A DNA stretch of 64,000 nt from the human T2T-CHM13v2.0 reference genome, Homo sapiens, in NCBI RefSeq assembly GCF_009914755.1, contig NC_060937.1; one strand, written 5' to 3'. A model generated the notes under the pieces. That model was given only the letters and a program-made list of their open reading frames with translations, was not told where the DNA came from and did not search any database. Both the position numbers and the translations under genes were made by a program. Positions 1-13,625 of the stretch are shown here, in pieces; position 1 is the stretch's first letter, and each line of letters starts with the position of its first letter.

Positions 1-92
1 GTCCCCAATTCCTCACACACAGAAACTGTGAGGTAGTAAATATTCTTTTAAGCCATGAAGTTTTGAGGTAATTTGTTGTGACACTAATAGTC
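1..92 (+). mobile_element. 3' end of a MaLR (MLT1-type) LTR
   Basis: cacagaaactgtgag...tttaagccatgaagttttgaggtaatttgtt resembles the MLT1 3' terminus and 38625-38725 in this window. Confidence 0.65.
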
Positions 93-435
93 ATTCCGTG
101 ATAGAAAAGATGTTCTGGTCAATGTCACAGGTAAATATTTTAGTTCTTGTGAGTTTTAGTGTGTTAGTACCTCTGTTTGCTTTCTTCTGAAATACAGAGA
201 AGATTGCTAACATAATTCCAGATCATGTGAACTCACCAAACCAAATGCTGCCTTTGATTTCTCCTAGGAGCCTGCCTGCCTTTCAGAGGAACAAGGCTAA
301 CTTGCATGTTTCCCAGAACATTTATTGTTCTTAATGTGCAAAAATCAAAACAAACATCTGATTTGCTATTGAAAAGATAAATTATTCTAAATCACAAACT
401 ATTTATTTTCACACTTTTAAAAGATTTGTTTTGTC

Positions 436-587
436 ATACACACACAAACACACACACACATACCTCTCCATATATAGAGATAGATAGATATATCATATAC
501 CTATCTCTCCATATATGGAGTCTATATAGACAGATAGATATAGATAGATATATCCATATCTACCTATATGTGTACCTATATATATCT
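436..587. repeat. Compound (CA)/(TA)/(AGAT) low-complexity repeat
   Basis: Directly visible runs of CA, TAGA and TA. Confidence 0.85.
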
Positions 588-3500
588 TCTTCAGTAGGTG
601 GAAATAATTTGCTTGTATTATCCTAGGGTGCTTTGATTGTACTGGGAATAAAAACAGATTTTCCTTAAAGAGCAATATTATTTCATGATATCTGGTGGCC
701 TTCTCAGAAATAAAAACAATAATTCGAAATAGTTTAATTCTCAGATCAAAAATATCTCAGAATAATAATGATCATATCACGTAACTAGATGGACTGCGAC
801 AGAACTTACCCAGGCAATTGTTTAGCTCCCTACTGCTGAAGTTGTTACAGTTTAATGAACTGACAAAAAGCAAAAGAGGAAAACCACATTCTAGATCTGT
901 CCCTTAAAAGCATCTAAAAAGATACCAGATTGAATGAAACAAGGCAACATATTTAGTGTTCCTGAGAACTTTTGATTTAGTGATTGTAATTGGCTGAGAT
1001 CTATTTCAGTTAAATCTGGTATCTTACCATTTTTAAAGCTATTGTTTATCATACTTCATATTTTCTAAGGAAACAGACCTCATCCTTTGCAAATTGCTCA
1101 TGAAAAGATCAACAAACTGGTCACAAACAATAACAAATGTAAGACACTAAGTGCTTTCTAAAATGGAAAGCAGTAACAACAAAAAAAGGCAAAATGTCCT
1201 ATTACAAAAAACTGTAATGCTAATAGATAATTTTGCAATTTACAAATTGTCTCTATCTCTAGAAACAAAGAATTTCAGGAAACATCTGAGCACTATGGAC
1301 TTATAATTTACATCTTTTGAAAGTTCCGGTTTGTTCTCAGCATATATTAAATTTCACAAGATTGCCAAACTTCTTTAATATAATTTCAAAAAATAAACAC
1401 AAAAACTCTACAACTAAACATGCAAAGTATATTATAATAAATGTGCATATATTTAGAAAGAAGATAAATGCTGATATATGTATATTTCATGCCCATTGTG
1501 AAATTCTGCCCTGGGTCATGGTAACATAGGCCACTATTTCCATTAAAATTAATAGCTTGTGGCTGTGGTTACTGTCAGTATTGCCTTATTTTCCCATCAC
1601 TAGTGATTGTGACATGAATAAAATTAACTTATGTCACCATGTAGATCATTATATCCTGAATTAAGGTTAGATTTCGAGAAGCATTATGAATTTAAGGAAT
1701 TCATCTAGCCTTAGTTCTAAACCACTTTATAATAAAAATCTTTATTTTCCCACCATAGGGACTCTATACCACTCTTTTAGGGCTAATTCACAGTTGCAGT
1801 TGGACGATAGCAAACTGTTCAATGCAAAATGCTGATTTTATCTTAAAATCCATGGTCATCTACATTGATTTCAACTGGACAGACTTCAATTTCATTTCTT
1901 CTCAGGAAAACCTACTTGCATGGCTTTAAGAATATTAACTTCTATGTCTTGGATAATAAACGTTGGCTGTTTCCCCGTCAGGTTTTGGTAGCATCGTGGT
2001 GCCTGTATAAAGAGTTCAAAGCTGTATAGCCATCTGTAACAGCTCTATTTCTTTACAAGTTCAGTGCTCAGATAAAAATTCTAAACGTTGCAGCCCTAGA
2101 CACTTGATGACTCTATTACCAAATGCATTTTATATAAGAGATCATGATGTTCCTAAAGCTTAAAATATCGTGTGAGAATAGTATTATTTTGGTATAACCT
2201 ACACTTTCTTGTGATAAATCGGGACACTATTACATGAGCACGTTTTTCTTTATTTACCAAGACTAAAGAATAATTTTTACTTCCCCTTCATCAAAATAAG
2301 AATGCATTATACTGTTCAAATGACTGCAAAAAATATCTATGCATCGGAAGGAAAAGCTTACAATGAGAGTAAATTATTGTTGCTTTTTTGTTTATGACTC
2401 TATTCAATGTAAGTTTGATTACTTGAAAGGACTGGTATCCAACATATTGCCATATGGAACAATATCATGAAAAATACATGTCTCTTAATGCAAGAGTTGA
2501 ATTGACACTTTGTTATAGATAAAATCTGCAGAATCAACAAAGATGCAAAATAACTAAGTCAAAACATGAATTATCTAACATAACACTATGTATTTTTATC
2601 ATTCACTATTCTAATTTCATGTACATAATCTAACACTGTAAATTTCTTGGTCCCAGTTTTATTACACTCACTTTCCTGGACAAAATTCAAATCCATCCTT
2701 TCTAACTCCCACGAAAAAAAAAGCTGCTTTATGTTTTATCCATTTCTAAAAACTATTAGGTCATTCATTTCATACAAGGATAATGTAACATGTTACAAAA
2801 TGTTTTAACTCATTGCTATTTGAACATACTTTGCTTCGAAATGTTGCCTTCGTTGCTCTTATTACTGTCTTTTCTTTGTGGAAGGATGAAGTGGAGAGTG
2901 GCTTGACTCACTTCTCAGAGTAATAAAATCAAGATTATGCAAAGAGATTCTATATTTTCAATATAAGAGATTTTTGTCAGCTTCAATTATGTCCAAAGTT
3001 GTGTCTCTCATCTGGACTTCACATTCCAATGCCTGCTTCATATCTCCTGAGGTGCTTACTCTACAACTGTATCTAAATGACACATTGTCACATCACACCC
3101 CATATTAGTAAGCCAAACTCATCATCATCTACATTAGCCTGGATCTCTTTCCCAGATTATGAAATTCAAACACAGCCATTTGGCTTTTGCATTTTCTTAG
3201 TACTACAATTTGACTTACCCCTTATATTTCTTACTCTATTCCTTATGAATACCAAAAGATGAACACTCATTACCTCTTTTCTGAATGAATTACATTTTTT
3301 ATTTCTTTATTCTCACCTATATGAATACCTTTTATGTAATGTGTATATTATTTAGAATTTACTATATTGATTTCAGAATTTAAAAAAAACAGCAGAGGCC
3401 AGATTTTAACTTTAATAAAGGTTATTTGTGAATCTGTCCAATTCCATACTGAGAAACAATCATATTTATTTATTTCCTGTTTGCAAAAATTTTGCAAAAT

Positions 3501-6500
3501 ATGTTAATAATATGGCTTCTCAAAAGATCTAGACTTACATATCTTGACTTAAATAAATCTTCATCAATCAGCCAGTTGGAATGTACTCTGACAGTTGCCT
3601 GTACTCTGAAAGCAATTTATATGCATTTCAGAAGTACTGGGTTAAAGTGGATACTTTATTAAATGAGAATTCTAGACCTTTTACATCTCTTAGGGAAAAA
3701 ATATCAAAATTTCTAAAGTTTTAGATTTTACCTATTAGATCAATTTTAGGCTTAGATGCATGCTTCCAATATTGTGTGAGATCTTACAGCCAACAAAGCT
3801 AAAAATGAGTTCTACTAGAAAAATTGAAACTATGACTACCTAAATATTGTATAGAGTATATTGGCTTTTAAATATTTAGACACACATACACATGATATAT
3901 TTTGATTCATTAAAATTGTTTCTGTTTCATATAATAAAATCTAATGCATAAGTATTTCACACCTTTATATAAATAAAACCTGACCTAAAATTCCTACCAC
4001 ACTGAACAACATCTTGATATCTACAGCTATATTAAAAACAATTAACTAAATATGTATTTTATTAGAAGTATTTGTTTCTGTATATCCCACTAGATTATAA
4101 GTGAATTAGAAAGGATATGTCTTTTGTTTTGTTTTTGTTTTTGTTTTTTTTGGCCCTGCACTTCAGTGTATAAGCATTTGTTAAAGTGAATTGGCTGCTA
4201 CAGATAGATTCAACAAGAGTTACGGACAATAGTTTGCCAAAGTTCATTCCACGAAATATTATTACTTTTAATTCAATAAAAAGGTTTTATGTCAGATACT
4301 TTTAGGAAATGCTAGTTCAATAAGTCAAATATGCTTAACTTTTAATGCAGTACTTTAATGCAGGATCTTGGTGTCTTTAAAATACTAAACATGGACTTTG
4401 AAAATTCAAGAGGATATGTATTAAAAACAAAGAGCTATTTTAAAATTTTGTCCTCTTAAACTGTTCATAAGATAATTCTCAGAGTAGTATATTGATAGCA
4501 GTCTGGAAGCCATACTGGAAGAATGTGTTCATCCATATTTTTTCCATTCTATACTGCAGTGAAGATTTTATAACAGTTGTAGTGTTTCAGGAAGAGAGAA
4601 AATGGATGAAAATTATTTGAGTGAAAGACATGAGAAGAGCAATTCTGAGGTTTCATTATAACTTAAATTCATGATTTTGAAACATCCAGAACTTTTTTTA
4701 TGGGATGTCTTTATATTTTGTATTTATTAGCTAAACCATATGAAAGCATAGACCTTCAGATAGTGGTATACAAAGGGAGATGAGAAAAGCTAAGTAGAGA
4801 AGAAATTAAAACTGAAATTAAAACTGAAATTAAGCCCAAAGAAGAAAGAATCTAGTATTTTATATTTATATTTTTCACATTGCTAACTCATTTTATTCAG
4901 AAATCATAAATCCTGCCAATACTGAAAAACAAGATTTATTATTTTCAAGTCTCTCATAAATCTAAAGTATCATTAGTCACCTAATATTGCTAAAATTATA
5001 CACATATTTTTTCATGTTAAAGCACTGCAAGTGTTAAAATATAAAAGTCTGCAGATTTGTAATGCATCATAAAACTTCACCCTTTTGTTGACTATGCATT
5101 TTTACCATTAGGAAAATCACTGGAAAGGTTTTTGCATTTTTTGTGTTTTATAAAATAACATGCAAAGGAACCACTAGGCTATGAGAATTCACAGCCCTTC
5201 TATGTGCATTGTTGGGTTTAAATAAATGTCTATGCTCTAATTTTCTCACAAAGAAAAGAGTCATACATAAAAACACTGTTCAAACCAAGGCAACCAAGAA
5301 CTGCATTTGAGATCCAAGTAGGCAATTACCTACCAAACTAAATATTTACACATTAGTTTAGAAAATCAGTTATTATATGGCTTACCAGAAACAGAAAACA
5401 AAAATCTAGTTATACTGAAAAAACTTAAGTATATAAACATTCTAGAAAATTCGCCACATCTTTTCCTGTGTTGATTTATAACCACTCAAGCATTAATTTC
5501 ATAACATTTTCACTGTGTAGATAAATGTTATCAGTGTTTTTGGAATTAGTCAGTTGAGACTCTTGTGGTGAGTGTGAAATTACGAGATGAGGAAATGTAG
5601 AAACTAAGCTAAATACTATTCCCAGCTCTTGATCAAAATGAGATTTGTTCTATTGTTTAACATGACAGCTCATATTCTTCAGTGTATTTACATGTTTTCT
5701 GGGTGGATGATTGGGTGGTGTTGATGCCCCATCCTGTGCCCTTGATTTGGGCTTGACAAGGTTGTCTTGTTGGGAGCCAGTGAAGAGGTTTCTGTCTAGT
5801 TTGAAACCAAACCAGTCAAAGCATTAGGGCTACTTGCCTTCATTTGTTATATTAGTGGGTGTAAAAAGGAGCAATAAGTCACTGGTTGAATTTGGCCTGT
5901 ATTTTAAAATCTCATTACAAGACTACAATAAAATATCTATGAATAATGAAACAACATGGAGAAAAAGCTTATTCCAGTCCCATTTGACTCCACTGCTGGT
6001 AACCCTTGGAAAGTAAGTGCAAATATGTTACAAACCTCAATGGGGTCTCCTCCAGCAAAGATATGAAGAATTACAAGAAATGTATTCCAAAGGATAAACA
6101 GTAAACCTGTGACTTTATTCCATTAACATATTTTTCTCTTATCTATTACATTTACTTCACTATTTTCTGTAATTGAGACTTTGACACATTAACCAGGCTA
6201 GGTCCTGAACTCTTAGGGAAATACAAGCCTATTAGCTACTATATTATATAATAAATCAACCCTTTAAATTAAGGCATCTTCTGCAATTTCTTTAAATGTT
6301 CTTCCTTCAAATCATTTAAGAAGAATAATTAGAATTTACATAATAAAAATATTGGGCATTTTTATCCTTTGCAATATTTATACCACTTAAGTGCCTAACA
6401 CAATGGTGTTAATCTGAATGGCATAAATGTAAAAGAAGATGTAGGAAGATGGCCCTCAAAATATTATCTCAAAAGTAAGTCTGAATTCAAAGCAGTTAGG

Positions 6501-7849
6501 AGAAGTCATCGCATTCATTCAAAAGAGCTTTGGGAGCTTTTTCCTTTATTTATGACTGAACTGCTATTTTCAAATTTGTTTATGCTGTATTATAATTGTT
6601 TTTTATTCAGAGGTTTTAAAAAATCTCTCTTACTATTATCAGAGAACATAAATAAGCCCGCATCGTACTCAGGCTTCTACATTGCTTTTAAGAATCTGCA
6701 ACTTTGCATATAAATATGTATTTGGAGTTCCTTTAGAGAATAAATATGGTACTACTGGGCTTATGGTCCCATTGGGGTTGGCTGGCACTCATTACTATCT
6801 ATTGGGTTTAGAAGAGGAAAGTGCTTTCCATTCTTGCTATCTTACATTTCTCATTAGTGAAATTTCTCTCCAAATCACTATCCTTTAACTATGAATAAGG
6901 CCCAGGTTGTGAAATTGTATATAACTTCTCTGGAGAAATTTGGTAAGGACAGTCAAAAGACAATGATACTTTGGAACAAGAGAGGCCTAAAACTATATTA
7001 ACCAGTATAAACCACTAAGAAAATAAAGACATCAAAATTATTAATATAATATTGTTTTACCATAGAAATCAAATAATTAGTTCTTAATTCTGTTAAGATG
7101 ACTTCATAAGCCTTATGAACTAAATGTAAATGTTAAACCAGGGTATGAAATCAAAGTTAAACATAGCACACCTGAATATGTATGGAAATAATTTATGGTC
7201 TAAAATCTCCCCATCCAGCACTCTTTCTCCCAGGGAGAAATAAATAAAGAATGAAAGTCAGATCCAATAATTTGTAGCCATCATTCATCGTTTTATAGGT
7301 GTAATTAGTAAGCTTAAGTGGAACTATGTTTGGAGATTTACTATCTCTGGAGTGTGATTATATATGAATTAGAAGAGTCTGCAGTTACTCCACACTATAT
7401 GAAAATACAAATCATATCAGGAGAAATTTGCCAAATATAATAGAAAAATCAAGACACTCTAATGCTTCCATCTTAAATTTGAGCCAACAATAACTGGTTT
7501 ATTTTTTATTCTGAAAGAGATAAATAATTATATATAATATGTAGCTGCAAATAAAACTCCTTGTGCTATATTGTTTTAATTGATGTAATTATTGAAATTC
7601 ACACCGTGTCATGAATTTTTTAAATGCTCTGGAAAATCTGGTGAATATTTATTTCATTTTCCAGCTCAATCATGCCTCAAAGAATAGCTATGTATCACAT
7701 ACAGAAAAAAAAAGTCATTGACTGAGGAGAATGCAAGATATGTTTAATTTTTACCAAAAATAAACACAATTTCAACTACTATTACATTAAATTTGTGCAT
7801 AATTGTAAAAATAGCAAAATCTTTTCAACACTCGGCCTCTACCAGTTAC

Positions 7850-8050
7850 TGTTCTAACTTCTTTACGTGTATTAATTCATTTAATCTTCATAACAATTTC
7901 ACAAATAAAATGTTATTATCATCTTTGTTTTACAGATTAGGAACCCAAAACATCAAACAGTGTAATTTACACACTTGGTATTATACTTAGTATTATACAG
8001 TTAACAGCAGCATGGGAATTTGAACCCAGGAATTCCAGGTCTAGAATCTA
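7850..8050 (-). mobile_element. MIR fragment
   Basis: ctttacgtgtattaattcatttaatcttcataacaa...ttttacagat...atttgaacccagg matches the reverse MIR core. Confidence 0.75.
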
Positions 8051-8052
8051 TC

Positions 8053-8058
<6 letters not shown>

Positions 8059-8096
<38 letters not shown>
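8059..8096. repeat. (CA)19 microsatellite
   Basis: Uninterrupted CA run. Confidence 0.97.
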
Positions 8097-8099
<3 letters not shown>

Positions 8100-8739
8100 C
8101 ATGAATACATATGCGTGTGTGTGCATGTGTTTGTGTGTCTATACTCAGTGAACAAAGTAGATGTCTTTGCCATTTTGACAGAATAAAAATATCAGTGTTA
8201 GAACAGGACTTAGCAGTTAAAGTGAGTTACCAAGGTCACAACATTAATGAATGATAGTATTGACACTAGACTATTACTCTCAGTTCAGCACTACTCTCTT
8301 AGCACTAAACTGTATTAATGTTAATTTTACTCATTTTAAAACCAGTTATTTAAATACATTATCGATATTAGTAAAATAAAATCTGTATTGGCATTTATTG
8401 TGTAACTGATTTATTAATTATCCCTGTAAACTAGTGAATTTATTTTAGAGAAAACTAAACTTTGTTTTATTTTAGAGAAAACGTCTTGAGAAAAATGCAA
8501 GCTAATGAAAATGCCTTTTTACTAAAGATGACTCCTACAGGAAACTTAAAGTCAATTTAATTGATTTTATCACATTACTAAACTTTACATAGAAAGACTA
8601 TATATTTGCATTTTGAATCTTAATCCTCATAAATTTATGCCACCCTCATTATCTACTTTAACATTTAGTCACTCACAGCCACTTCATAAATTCTCATGAC
8701 ATAAAAAGATTGCTGTCACGTAGGAAGCAAGGCGTATGG

Positions 8740-8900
8740 AGACAAAGGAACTCAAAGATTCTGGATTTACAGTTTGAGTCCAAGTGACTTACATCTATGT
8801 ACCTCAGTTTCGTCAAATATAAAATGGGTTTACTTTGAAGATCAATAAAAATAATGCCTGTAAAAAAGTTGTGTAAACCTTAAATTGCTTTGGAAGTATT
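8740..8900 (+). mobile_element. MIR fragment
   Basis: caagtgacttacatctatgtacctcagtttcgtcaaatataaaatggg matches the MIR core. Confidence 0.6.
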
Positions 8901-11738
8901 AGATGATGTTCTTTTTTGGTAATATCCTGAAACACTGCTGTGTCAAAAACAATCCCATTAAGAGATCACCAATATCCTTTCCCTTATGTCTTTTTAACTT
9001 CCAGGCTCTCTCCTTCCATTCCTCCTCAGTTCCCTTGAACGTATACTATTTGGCACTTGATGAGATTTTGGATTTCATCCCTTCCAAGGCACGGCTCTTG
9101 GTTTTCATTATGATCTCTTAGTTTGTGAGAGGAGAAACTCCTGCTGCAATTCTTTAGCAGATAGATTTAGAATAAAGTTAGAACTGTGTAGTTTCTGCCA
9201 GGAAACACTGTCAGTCAATCTAACAGTTGTTAATAATAACAAATAGATTTTTACAGACTAATTTCTTTTAACCAGCTAAAATATTTTCAACCAATGAACC
9301 ATTTCCCAAACAATTAAACATTCTGATTTTTCTCATATGGATGAGAAAAATACCCATACCCTCTAATTGCCCAGTATTTCAGCCATAAAAATAACATTGT
9401 CATTAAAAAAAATGAGCTGGTCTTTATAAATCTTATTTTTAAAACTAAATCGCTGTATGTATTTGCCATATGATTTGCCATCTTTGAGAAAGTGAAATTG
9501 AACTTTCTTTATTTTAAAGTGTTGCTGTTGTTAAAATGATACTGAATGCAAAATAATGTGTTTGTTTTTCAGCTGTTGTAAGACTAAAGAGATTTTTTGA
9601 ATACTTCAATTATAAAAACATTTAAAACATACAAACTTGTGCAATTTTTATTTTAATGAAGATGAGAAGTTCATTAAAGAAGATAAATATTTCATTAGAT
9701 CTTAAATAAAACAAAGAGATTTTTTGGCTTCTCTCAGCACAAAATTCCTTTGAAAGATTAATTAATACATGCAAATTATGCAAATTAGACCCATGCAAAT
9801 ATTTTATGAAGACAATTAAGGGAACCATTAATTACTGCTTTTTTTGCTTCAGTGAGATTCATTCATTTAATTTTAATTTCACTTTAACTGTTTTGATGTA
9901 TAATCTTGCAGCTAAGAACTTTATCTTTCTTGGCGGGTCACTTAAACTTAGAAATTTCATCAAGTGAGCACACAGAAATCTGTAAAGATATTCTCAAGAC
10001 TATGTTTAGTATCAAGAGAAATTTCTGACACAATGCACTCCCAGAAACAGGGAAACTGGAAGGGAATGTGAGCTCATTCTTGGACAAGGTTCAACTACTG
10101 GAAAAGCAATTAATTTGCTTTGGCTGTGCTAATATAGGGGAATTAGAAAGTGTGACACAAGACAAATAGAAATAATTAGTTCTCCAAAATGATGTTCTCA
10201 TTAATATGGTTCGAACAGTAGAAATAAAACAACATTATTGTGGCATGTCTGCATTCTGTCCCTAACCATGGGAGGTAGGATAATGCACTATAAGCATTTT
10301 TATATTTATAGTTTAAATGATTATGTTTTTTTCTAAAGAAGAATTTATATCAAAGAGTTTATATGCTTAGAATGTCTAAATATATACATGCTATCAAATT
10401 AATAACACACTTTCCATAACCATGCATTTGTATACCAATTTTTTATTTTGCTCATACAAATCTGTATTGTAATGAACAGACTTAAAATGGGGGTTCTTTT
10501 TCTGTTACTTAAATATTTTCAGATCACTTTTATGACTCTTGAAGTATAACATTTCTCAGAAAAAAAATTAATTGTATTTATGCTCTATCTTAAAGAAGCC
10601 ACTGTGTTTCTTAAAGTTTCTCTAAGATGGCTAGGATATCCTTACCATGGGGGATAAATACAAAAAGAGGAAGCAGGCTTTGTGAATATGAACTATTAGA
10701 GTTAGTTGTTATCTATATTACTAAATGATAACCTTCTTCAGCTTTTGTAGTCATTATATACATTTTTTGTTGTGATGATGTTTGATGAACAAGTTAATTG
10801 GATAACTTGCTCCAACTGAACCATCATTTTTTTCACTTGATAATAAAGGTTAAAAAAACTCAAAGCAAAACCTTATAAATATATTTTTCATAAATCTGAA
10901 GATAATACTATACTGTATAAAAATGCTTAAAAATTAACGTATTGACTATAATGAAAAAGCAACTTCCTAGTTATTTGGAATTCATAGTAGTAAAAAGTAT
11001 CATCGGTACAAATACATATATGAAATTTAAATGCAGCTGATTTTTCTACCTCTTGTCTGATACTCCCCTCAGCCCCACAGCTAATTGTTGTTACTATAGT
11101 ACCATAAAAAGATGTAAGTGGACATATACTATCATTGATATTTGTTGAGCTTCTTAATATTCTTTAAAAACAGATGTTAAAATTAAATTTTCTTTCTTAC
11201 AAAGGTAATCTTATTTCATTCTTCCTTAAATTTCTAAATTCCCCAAGTTTATTTTGCATGTTTATACTGACCGCAGAGATGTGTCACAACTTTTAAATTA
11301 GGATCACTTGTGAATTTCACCGGTGCACTGTTTAACCACTCTTCCATGCTACTAATTATGATGTTAAATCAAAATGGATCTAGCATTGATCTTTAGGGTC
11401 CCCTGCTAATATCTTTCCCAGTTTCCATACATCACTATTTTTGACTATTGGTCTTCCAGATACTATTTAAGCCCAACCACAAACATGTTTATGAGCAAGC
11501 CAACTTAATTTATTTTTTTCAACTTTATTTATGCTAACAAGACATTTATATTTTCTGTTAATAACTCTCTGTTTCAATATTTAATGGCAATTTAGTTGCA
11601 CGATGTCTACTTCCCCTCTCTAAACTTCCACTTTCAATCCATCATTCTTGATATTCCCAGATTAAAGTAATTTATCTCCCGAACTCTCATAGTGCCAACC
11701 CCCTATTACATTATTTTTACTAGAAAAACATGATGCCA

Positions 11739-12065
<327 letters not shown>

Positions 12066-12449
12066 CTAAGCTCAATCATTATGCCTAAATTTTCTCTGTC
12101 TAATTGAAATAACATCACAAAACTTCATGAAATGTCCCAACACAGACATATAATAACAATGGTTTCTTTTTCGTAAGGACCAGTTTAGAAAACTAGCTCT
12201 ACGAAAATAATGTATTTAAATATTTTTACATAGTAAATAATTATAATGAGTTACATTCTATTACTATTTTGAGCAGCTTCATACTTAACAATGCCTACTA
12301 TGTCTATATCACGTATAGTTTAATTTATGTAAGAAGTAATTTCCCACAAAAACCCACAAGAGGCCTTCAGCATTTGGAGTTCAAGCATATCCAGTTACAT
12401 TAAAAAACAGTATTACTTTTTAAAATATATTTTTAAAAGAATAAAATAT

Positions 12450-12700
12450 ATTCTCACTCATAGGTGAGAATTGAACAATGAGAACACATGGACACAGGAA
12501 GGGGAACATCACACTCTGGGGACTGTTGTGGGGTGGGGGGAGGGGGGAGGGATAGCATTAGCAGATATACCTAATGCTAAATGACGAGTTAATGGGTGCA
12601 GCACACCAGCATGGCCATGTATACATATGTAACTAACCTGCACATTGTGCACATGTACCCTAAAATTTAAAGTATAATAATAATAAAATAAAATAAATAA
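12450..12700 (+). mobile_element. 5'-truncated L1 (L1PA4-like 3' UTR) with 15-bp TSD
   Basis: L1 3' UTR with G-rich tract, gctaaatgacgagttaatgggtgcagcacacc and A-rich tail. TSD aaaagaataaaatat at 12435-12449 and 12701-12715, at a tttt/aaaa endonuclease site. Confidence 0.95.
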
Positions 12701-13464
12701 AAAAGAATAAAATATTTATGCTGAAATAAAAAAAATTCTAAAATTTTATAAAATGTTAACATTTATGGGTATCGCTAAAACTTTCTGTTTAATATTAATA
12801 ACTGATTGTCTAGTTAAATGAGTAGTTAACAATGACCTATAATAACTATAGAACAATAGTCCGTTTATTGCTTACTGCCTACAATCAATATCACCTTTTG
12901 TTCAATTTAATCAGTGACATCTTAAATTGATTAGCTTTATAGAAATGCTGCCAAACACCAGAAACCAGTGCCAAGGGACTAGAGGGAAATTTATTGTTTT
13001 GTTTTGTTCATAGTAACATAATTCTAATATTTATATTTTAAGATCGAGAAAAATGGTTTAAGGTAATACCCATGGTGATTACTTATTTCTAAATGACTAA
13101 TCAATAGTCAATATGCAGTGCAGGCAGCCCCGAAAACAGTTTTAGTCCTGATTTGTTTGTTTGTTGTGTTTCTAAGAAACCTCTCCTTCTCCCCCACATC
13201 CCCCTTTTCAATCTAAATAAAGACACTTTTAAATATGGAAAACGTGGTTAGGTAACATTAAAAAGTTCTTGGACATTTCCACAAACACTTTACTATGGGA
13301 ATAATTCAACATTGTATTATAAACACAAGTCGATTTCCCAAAAAGGGAAAAGTAAATTACATATTAAAAGTAATAACAGCTTCAGTGTTTACCAATTGCC
13401 AAGACCTGTAGTAAATATATTGTAATAATAAAATTTAATACTAACATCTAAAACTTAACTGTAT

Positions 13465-13625
13465 ACAAACTATTGCCCAGCATGTGCTAAGTGCTTTACA
13501 TGGATTATTTTATTTAATCTTCACAATGACCTTTTGAGGTTAAGCTATTGCTAAAGGGGTGGGGGAAACAATGGGGCAGAGATTTCAGTCTAGATGTGAT
13601 TTCTAGCATTTCTTAACTATTAGCT
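13465..13625 (-). mobile_element. MIR fragment
   Basis: tgtgctaagtgctttacatggattattttatttaatcttcacaatgacc matches reverse MIR. Confidence 0.65.

Noticed and set aside
4802-4833. 12-bp tandem repeat gaaattaaaact x2.7 (similar ~21-bp duplication at 58063-58105)
   Set aside because: Ordinary slippage micro-duplications in AT-rich DNA with no further structure.
12517-12551. G-quadruplex-forming G-tract
   Set aside because: Normal component of the L1PA 3' UTR, also present antisense at ~51453-51490; not locus-specific.
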